A DNA stretch of 64,000 bases from positions 3,747 through 67,746 of the forward strand of contig JBAWZF010000011.1 of the NCBI GenBank assembly GCA_037143175.1, in the 5' to 3' direction. Numbering within the stretch: the first letter of the stretch is position 1; every line of letters begins with the position of its first letter. The notes under the pieces are model-generated. The model was not told where the DNA came from. It worked only from the letters and a program-made list of their open reading frames with translations, and did not search any database. This stretch comes from a bacterium. Lineage in GTDB: Bacteria; Verrucomicrobiota; Kiritimatiellia; CAIKKV01; CAITUY01. This document shows positions 58,129 through 64,000 of this stretch, one piece after another. Both the position numbers and the translations under genes were made by a program.

Positions 58129-60039
58129 TCAGTCGGTCAATCGTTGCGAGACGTAATCGGTATGGAGGGTGGGCGGTGGGATGGGGATATCGAACCAAGC
58201 CTGAAGTTCGAGATCTAAACCGGTGCCATACATGTAATTGTAAAGGGATTTCCGGAGTCCGCAGCCCATAGCGTGATGATCGCATTTAACGGAATCCGTG
58301 AAAGGGACTTCATTGCGGGCGAAACTGGATTTTGGGAACCTTGAGAGGCGGATCCCGAACTTGCGGGGATCCATATAAATTGGGCTGTGGATTGTGAGTG
58401 CAAAGCGATGCCAATAGGCAGACTGAATGCATCCCGCTTCAAATAGTTGTCTCACATATTCCAGTGAATCCACCGTGTCTTGGATCGTTTGGGAGGGGCA
58501 GCCATACATGAGGTAGGCGTGAACCAGGATGCCCGCCTCACTTAATGCATGGGTGACTTGGGTGACTTGGTTGAGATTAAATCCTTTTGCAAGAAGGGTG
58601 AGAAGGCGGTCGGTAGCGGATTCCAGTCCGCCTGTTACGGCGATACAGCCTGATTTAGCCAGTAAGGCGGCGAGTTCGGGAGTGAAGGCTTTATCAAAGC
58701 GGATATTTCCCCACCAGGTGATTTTGAGATCACGTTCGATCAGTTGTTGCGCAAGTTTTCTCAGCAGGACTGGCGGCATGGCTTCGTCCACAAAGTGAAA
58801 CCCTGTTTGGCCGGTTTGTCTGATGATCTCCTCAATCTGCGAGATCAGGAATTCGGGAGAAGCGGGCACATAGTGCTGGATGTAGTCTAGACTGGTGTCG
58901 CAGAAGGCGCATTGGTGCCAGTAACATCCGTGAGCGAGCGTCAGTTTGTTCCAGCGCCCACATGACCAGATTTTGTGCATGGGATTGGGCAACTCGATCA
59001 AGGAGAAATAACGATCCAGCGGTAGTTCGGAATACTGGGGCGTGACGGGGGCCAAAGGTAATCTGGGAGATGGCATGTCTGACGTATTCCCATTTCCCGA
59101 GAGGAAACAAACACTTCCATTTTTGCGGATAAAAGTCCGTTCGAAATGCGGCGTGATGCGGGGATTGAGAAGTGTTAGAAGCGGAGTCTTCAGGTTCTCC
59201 AAGTGTTCGATAATACGCAAGATCGGACGGTCTCCCCCGTCGAGGGTGATGTAGTCGGCATAGTCGAATACGCGGAGATCAGAAAGTGAGCGAAGCTCAG
59301 TATTGATATAGCCACCGCCCATAACAATGGGAAGGTGTGGATCCTGCTTTTTGATATGCCGTGCCATTCGGAATGCAGCATAGACATTCCCAGGGAAGGG
59401 GAGGGTGAAGCCCACCAATTCAGGGTGATGAGTGTTCAGCAGTTCATCAGCTATATCATCAATCATGGAATCAATCAGGGTGGGTTTCCTGCGCAGGGCG
59501 GAGGCGATGCCGTCAAACGAGGAGGCGCTTGCGGCGAGTTTCTCAGCGTACTTTGCCAATTCAAAGCGGGCGTCGACGCCATCGCGAATAGCATCGGTAA
59601 GATCGTCAAGGTAAAGGCTTGCGAGATGAATGGCCAGGTCGTGGGTGGACAGATGCCCGAGGGTAGGAGCAAGATGGGCATGAGCTTCGGCCAGCGCTTT
59701 GAAACGGGGCCCTTCAGGCAGGAATTGGTGAGAGGCAATCCGCCATGCCAAGGTGGGATCCTTGCCCTGAAGGAAGCGGATGACGGGTTCGATAGTGGAG
59801 GCGTACTTTTTTGAGTGTCGTAGGAAATGGCGGACACTGTGTGAACGAGCTCCAGGTTTCATGACCTTGGCGACTTGGCGTAGTCCTGAACGGGAGAACA
59901 TGCGGAGTGCCAACATGAGCGCAGCATCGGCTTGAACAACCTTGTGTTTTGAAGGCTTTAGCAGGCCAGCCAGATAAGCGGTAGCCGGGTAGGGTGCATT
60001 TACTTGCACCATAGGGGGCGTTATCAGGAGGATGCGCAT
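58129..60039 (-). CDS. B12-binding-domain radical SAM protein (class B-like) with an atypical CX4CX2C cluster motif
   Basis: N-terminal MRILLITPP and LVGFTLPF...PIVMGGGY Rossmann-like B12 domain with a large insertion. CYWHQCAFC motif and VTGGLES (GGE-like motif). Confidence 0.65.
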   Translation of the reverse strand: MRILLITPPMVQVNAPYPATAYLAGLLKPSKHKVVQADAALMLALRMFSRSGLRQVAKVMKPGARSHSVRHFLRHSKKYASTIEPVIRFLQGKDPTLAWRIASHQFLPEGPRFKALAEAHAHLAPTLGHLSTHDLAIHLASLYLDDLTDAIRDGVDARFELAKYAEKLAASASSFDGIASALRRKPTLIDSMIDDIADELLNTHHPELVGFTLPFPGNVYAAFRMARHIKKQDPHLPIVMGGGYINTELRSLSDLRVFDYADYITLDGGDRPILRIIEHLENLKTPLLTLLNPRITPHFERTFIRKNGSVCFLSGNGNTSDMPSPRLPLAPVTPQYSELPLDRYFSLIELPNPMHKIWSCGRWNKLTLAHGCYWHQCAFCDTSLDYIQHYVPASPEFLISQIEEIIRQTGQTGFHFVDEAMPPVLLRKLAQQLIERDLKITWWGNIRFDKAFTPELAALLAKSGCIAVTGGLESATDRLLTLLAKGFNLNQVTQVTHALSEAGILVHAYLMYGCPSQTIQDTVDSLEYVRQLFEAGCIQSAYWHRFALTIHSPIYMDPRKFGIRLSRFPKSSFARNEVPFTDSVKCDHHAMGCGLRKSLYNYMYGTGLDLELQAWFDIPIPPPTLHTDYVSQRLTD

Positions 60040-60056
60040 GAATCACAGTCTGCCAG

Positions 60057-61277
60057 CTATCGGCCCAGCAAATTCCGTGACGCCATGATGTCCTTGAGTC
60101 GGGCTATGCTCTTTTCCGCCTGCAGCAATTCAGGGCCAAACTCGTCTGTGATAGAGGCGAGCAATTGATTGAGCGCAGCGATTTTCGACTCCAGTGGAGC
60201 GACCTTAGCTTCCAGATCAGCGATTTTACGGTTAGCGGTCATGGCATCAATAGCCGCTTTCCCAGCGAGATCATGAAGCGCATGTTCGGCCTCTTGAACG
60301 CGCATTTCGGCATATTGCACCTTCTTTTCAGCCTCATCCAAGCGCATAACAAAGCGCGATGATTCTTTGGTGGCTGATTCGAGCTTTGACTTCAGAGTGG
60401 CGATTTCTCCCACAAGTACCGTTGTGCCCGGTGAAGTGCGGGCCGTTGATAATGGCTCGTTCAAGCTCACTTCCGGCGGGGTCCACTTGGCAACAGGCGT
60501 AGGGAGTGGGGAAGGCTCCGGTTGCAGGCGCGGGACAACCTCTTCAACAACTGGTGTGGGAGCCGGCGCTGGCGGAGGGGGGACTGGAAGTGGAGCGACA
60601 GGAATAGCCGCCGGTGCTGGAGGTTCGATCGGCGCGACGGGTGCAGGGGGAACAGCAATTACTGGTTCTGCAACGGGGGCTTTTGCGGCAGCAGCCGGTT
60701 CAGGCAAAGTGACCGGGATGATGCCTGAGCACTGCTTGCATTTGATTTTTTTTCCGATGAGCGTTTGTGAAACTTTGGTCTGCCACTGGCAGGCCGGGCA
60801 GACGACGGGAATATTGGCCCCGCTGGAGGCATCTGGAACCTGGCCGAGGACGATAGGAGCGGCCGCTTTTTTGGCGGTGCTAACAGGCGAAGAAGAGGGG
60901 GCTTGTTGCATCGGTTTCGGCGGCGGAGTTAATTGAGCAGTATCACTTGCCGCAGCGGCTGGGGACGTAACGACAGGCGTGACTGGCGCAACGACAGGGG
61001 CGGCTGGGGCCACGACTGCAGGAGCCGCTTGCGGTGGAGGTGCAAGCACAACAGGAGTTGCAGCAATGGGGGCAAAGGGTGTGCTGGCGACAGGTGCGGG
61101 GGTAGCCGGAACTGAGGGTGCCTGAACAGGGGTGGCGGCAGCGGCTGGGGCACCCTTGCCAACGGGAATGGGTTTGCCGCACTTCGGGCATTTCACTTCC
61201 GTAGGCATTCTGGCCGGCATGGCCTTGATTTTAAGCTTAGCCTTACAATTTCCACACTCAATAGGAATCAATTCCAT
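60057..61277 (-). CDS. double zinc-ribbon, Pro/Ala/Val-rich, C-terminal coiled-coil protein
   Basis: Two CxxC...CxxC ribbons (CGNCKAK...CPKCGKP; CPACQWQ...CKQCSG), long PAV low-complexity linkers, and a C-terminal heptad-rich region of about 120 aa. Confidence 0.7.
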   Translation of the reverse strand: MELIPIECGNCKAKLKIKAMPARMPTEVKCPKCGKPIPVGKGAPAAAATPVQAPSVPATPAPVASTPFAPIAATPVVLAPPPQAAPAVVAPAAPVVAPVTPVVTSPAAAASDTAQLTPPPKPMQQAPSSSPVSTAKKAAAPIVLGQVPDASSGANIPVVCPACQWQTKVSQTLIGKKIKCKQCSGIIPVTLPEPAAAAKAPVAEPVIAVPPAPVAPIEPPAPAAIPVAPLPVPPPPAPAPTPVVEEVVPRLQPEPSPLPTPVAKWTPPEVSLNEPLSTARTSPGTTVLVGEIATLKSKLESATKESSRFVMRLDEAEKKVQYAEMRVQEAEHALHDLAGKAAIDAMTANRKIADLEAKVAPLESKIAALNQLLASITDEFGPELLQAEKSIARLKDIMASRNLLGR

Positions 61278-61422
61278 ACCATGCTCCTTCGTTCAAATCG
61301 CACTAATTGTTACAAGTAGTTAAAAATAGCAGCGGATTCTAGAATAGACAACCCCATTTCAAAAGAAAATCAGCTATTGGGACATGGTGAGGCGGCCAGT
61401 ACCTGAAGATTTCGGCCACCCG

Positions 61423-62706
61423 TTATAGCACACTGTGATGTTTGCGGATTCTGGCTGTTTCATGGAGGGATACCCGCGCCTGGGAAGCAAAGTCCTGCCA
61501 TGCTGAAACCGTTTTCCCAACCTGTTGTAGAACCTTTGCGGCGGTGCCGATGCCGAATCGGTCTGCCACAGCCAGCAGGTCGGCTCGGGAGATGCCGGAG
61601 AATTTCCCATTGACCGCCATGAGATGTTGATTCGTCCATTCGCCTTCGGGATTGTGGGCATGGGTTACATCGTAGGCTGGGGCTAGCGTCCAGCTTCCCC
61701 TCTCGCGCAGCAGGAACGTGAAGTTTTTGCTGTGGTCGTCGCAATTGGCTGCCATCACATTGAAGGCCATCCGGCGGAACGCTTCTTCCATGGCTGTATA
61801 TCCAAGTTTCAGGCGTGAGATCGTCTGGAAGAGTTGACTGTAATCGTGGCTGGCCTTCTGCTTGTAATCCAAGTGCGCCATTGCGCAAAGGGTCTGCATG
61901 TGATGTTTGCGGTTTCCGTCCCGGTCGAAGCGCAGGGTCATGAAGTGTGCTCGGTCGTTTTCCTCCAACAACCGGGAGGATGACATGGTCATGCCGGCGG
62001 ACGTGGCCATCAGGTAGTAGGCGTATTCGATCCGCCCATAATCCTGAGAACTTCCCAATTCCCGATCTGTGCCCATGCCGTCGAATTTAAGCAGCCAGTG
62101 TTCATAGCCGGGGGCGACATCGAACTGTCCGGCGCGGATCTCCTGTGTCGTCGGGTTCCATGCAATCACCGCTTTTGCCCTGGCTCCGCCCGCCGAGGTT
62201 CCCACCCGGATGATCTGTGTCAGCGCTGCTCCGGCCAAATGGTCCGCGCCGAGATCGCCCCGCACGGCAAGGCGGGCACTTTCGACAAGTTTGGCAAGAG
62301 AGAGCGCCGTACTGTTAATTGTCGCTGGACTGCGGGCCGGCCGGAATTCCAGGGCTCCCATGCCGCGTTTCCCCATATAGGCTAGACGATCCAGGGGCGT
62401 GATATGCGAGCGATCAACACCTTGCATGGCCATCCAACCGTCAATTAGTGTATTGCCAAAATCATCCGGAAGGGCATCGGCCAGCAGGGCGGGCAGGCGT
62501 TTGTAGGTCAGTTCAGGCAGGTCTGTGAACACGAAAGGGGCGCTCGCTTGGGCAAGGGGCATGGTCAGGGGTGCAAGCTCGATGCCCGACCGAACGAAGG
62601 CCGGATCGTATTCAAACGCATAGTACCCCAATCGGGAGTCCAGCGCCACGGCTCCGACCGTCTTTTCCCACAAGCGGACTTCGATGATATGGACAGGCTT
62701 ATACAT
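61423..62706 (-). CDS. hipA: HipA-family serine/threonine kinase toxin
   Basis: HipA N-terminal and C-terminal domains, and the catalytic motif ANCDDHSKNFTFLL. Confidence 0.8.
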   Translation of the reverse strand: MYKPVHIIEVRLWEKTVGAVALDSRLGYYAFEYDPAFVRSGIELAPLTMPLAQASAPFVFTDLPELTYKRLPALLADALPDDFGNTLIDGWMAMQGVDRSHITPLDRLAYMGKRGMGALEFRPARSPATINSTALSLAKLVESARLAVRGDLGADHLAGAALTQIIRVGTSAGGARAKAVIAWNPTTQEIRAGQFDVAPGYEHWLLKFDGMGTDRELGSSQDYGRIEYAYYLMATSAGMTMSSSRLLEENDRAHFMTLRFDRDGNRKHHMQTLCAMAHLDYKQKASHDYSQLFQTISRLKLGYTAMEEAFRRMAFNVMAANCDDHSKNFTFLLRERGSWTLAPAYDVTHAHNPEGEWTNQHLMAVNGKFSGISRADLLAVADRFGIGTAAKVLQQVGKTVSAWQDFASQARVSLHETARIRKHHSVL

Positions 62707-63007
62707 GTGGTATGTCCTTAGCTCTGGATGCCCGTTGGCGAACCGGCTTGGATTTTAGCATTTGCATGGGACTGATGGAGATCTGGGGGGCCAGTGTGCC
62801 AAGCCACTCCTCACGGCCCAGGGCGCGGAGGACTTTGATCAGGGATACGACAGTGGAACCTTTCCCTTTCTCTAGATGCTTAACGACGTTCAGGGCCACG
62901 CCGGCCTGTGCGGCAAGTTGGCGCTGGTCAATGTTCTGGCGCAGACGTAGGTCGTGCAGGTGTCGCCCCAGCTGTGCTTCCCATTCCTCTGTCGTTAAGT
63001 CACTCAT
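62699..63007 (-). CDS. hipB: HipB-like XRE-family HTH antitoxin
   Basis: HTH_XRE (LRQNIDQRQLAAQAGVALNVVKHLEKGKG). 8-bp overlap with the hipA start. Confidence 0.75.
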   Translation of the reverse strand: MSDLTTEEWEAQLGRHLHDLRLRQNIDQRQLAAQAGVALNVVKHLEKGKGSTVVSLIKVLRALGREEWLGTLAPQISISPMQMLKSKPVRQRASRAKDIPHV

Positions 63008-63268
63008 AGATCAAAAGCCCTTAATTAGTCCATTGACTTATAAAATGATATCAATAGCCTAAAATAAGTCTATTGAAAATTTATGGTATATGCGTCTCGG
63101 TGTGGTGGATTTAGGGATAGGTGAAAGTATCGGTTATATGTTCAACAATACGGGCAGGCCTTGAGCATGCATGTATTCATCGGCTTCCTGTCGATGTTCT
63201 GCAAAGAATCGTGAGTAATTTGCGCAACCCGCATAACACGGGTTGCGCAACGTGTTGCTTGCAATCGT

Positions 63269-64000
63269 TTAAGGTGCTTGAGTAGTTTCCTGCAGAGTGC
63301 CATCTGCCTGCTCTATTGTTGCAATTTGTGCCGTCTCCTGCGCGGGTTCCGGTGTCTGGTCGAGGGCAATGGCCGGTGCTGGTGTATCCACGATTACCGG
63401 TTCCGGTATGATGATGGGGTCTTGGGTTTGCACAGGCGCCGGTATTGGCTCTGGTGTTGGTTCCACCGTGACGGCCGGTTCCGGTGTAATGATCGGAGTT
63501 TCAGGTGCCGCCGGTGTTGAGACCGTGACGGGTTCCGGCTGTGGTGGTGGGGCTGGTTCGGGGGTTATCACCGGCGCTGGAGTTTCTACGATCACCGGTT
63601 CCGGTACAACGACGGGCTCTTGCGTTTGCGCGGGCTCCGGCATTGGCTCCGGTGTTGGTTTTACTGTGACAGCTGGTTCCGGTGTTATCGCCGGAGTTTC
63701 CGGCACTACCGGAGGTGAGACCGTGACGGGTTCCGGCTGTGGTGGTGGGGCTGGTTCGGGGGTGACGACCGGCGCTGGTGTTTCTGCGATCACCGGCTCC
63801 GGTATGATGATGGGCTCTTGCGTTTGCACAGGCTCCGGCATTTGCTCCGGTGTTGGTTCCACCGTGATAGTCGGTTCCGGTGTTATGGTTGGAGGTTCTG
63901 GCATTACCGGAGGTGAGGGCGTGACGGGTTCCGGCTGAGGTAGTGGATCTAGTTCGGGGGTGACGACCGGCGCTGGTGTTTCTGCGATCACCGGCTCCGG
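63269..64000 (-). CDS. Pro/Thr/Glu/Val-rich tandem-repeat protein (C-terminal part; N-terminus lies beyond the window end)
   Basis: About 53-aa units (PEPVIVETPAPVITPEPAPPPQPEPVTVS...TPEPAVTVEPTPEPMPEPAQTQEP) repeated at least four times. The DNA repeats are near-identical with a period of about 159 bp. Confidence 0.7.
   Translation of the reverse strand, partial: PEPVIAETPAPVVTPELDPLPQPEPVTPSPPVMPEPPTITPEPTITVEPTPEQMPEPVQTQEPIIIPEPVIAETPAPVVTPEPAPPPQPEPVTVSPPVVPETPAITPEPAVTVKPTPEPMPEPAQTQEPVVVPEPVIVETPAPVITPEPAPPPQPEPVTVSTPAAPETPIITPEPAVTVEPTPEPIPAPVQTQDPIIIPEPVIVDTPAPAIALDQTPEPAQETAQIATIEQADGTLQETTQAP

Noticed and set aside
60367-60936. 189-aa plus-strand Gly/Ala/Thr-rich ORF, with a similar Gly/Ser/Val ORF at 63297..63938
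   Set aside because: Both are mirror-frame artefacts of Pro/Ala-rich and tandem-repeat coding regions on the minus strand.
63297-63991. Regular roughly 159-bp DNA repeats that could be mistaken for a CRISPR or other array
   Set aside because: The repeats are contiguous with no unique spacers, far longer than CRISPR repeats, and lie in frame within a repetitive protein-coding gene.

Overview
The window is a 64 kb, about 55% GC, densely coding chromosomal segment with no rRNA, CRISPR array, transposase or integrase. Its content points to a Verrucomicrobia-type mucin or glycan degrader, possibly related to Akkermansia; several calls below depend on that resemblance as I recall it.

Main blocks, in order:
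1. A five-gene, translationally coupled operon: an OPT-like membrane protein, an FtsX-type permease, two paralogous MacB/LolD-type ABC ATPases, and a PqqD-like peptide-binding domain (a RiPP recognition element, RRE) between the ATPases.
2. A sugar module (FucU/RbsD mutarotase, PfkB kinase, mannitol-dehydrogenase-family enzyme), then fabI, a tRNA with anticodon CAT, and a parvulin PPIase.
3. A hybrid sensor kinase and a double-receiver response regulator, divergent from a type IV pilus-like cluster that resembles the Akkermansia Amuc_1102 to Amuc_1098 genes (PilM/N fusion, Amuc_1100/PilO-like protein, secretin), followed directly by a 5'-3' exonuclease.
4. purD-purE, then a Sua5/YrdC plus low-molecular-weight tyrosine phosphatase fusion and an RpiB-GlyA fusion.
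5. An ABC-2 exporter, a GH30 hydrolase, rplM-rpsI, and asnS with a coiled-coil insertion.
6. A cobalamin riboswitch upstream of btuB-tonB.
7. A decayed sialic-acid locus: GntR regulator, a sialidase C-terminal remnant, nanA, and aldo/keto reductase and acetyl-xylan-esterase remnants.
8. GH4, Gfo/Idh/MocA, a cytoplasmic FG-GAP propeller, and a family B DNA polymerase fused into an operon with GspG pseudopilins and a LarE-like PP-loop ATPase.
9. A perfect 54-bp palindrome upstream of a four-subunit 2-oxoacid:ferredoxin oxidoreductase plus ilvE operon.
10. DsbD-like, ACT, UPF0210 and exosortase genes.
11. A convergent three-gene operon of unknown function: zinc-ribbon/Pro-Ala-rich/coiled-coil protein, B12-binding radical SAM enzyme, FHA-membrane protein.
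12. hipBA, and a partial Pro/Thr/Glu-rich tandem-repeat protein at the window edge.

The best candidates for undescribed biology are the PqqD-containing ABC operon, the ZnR-rSAM-FHA operon, the UPF0210-exosortase coupling, and the 54-bp palindrome.
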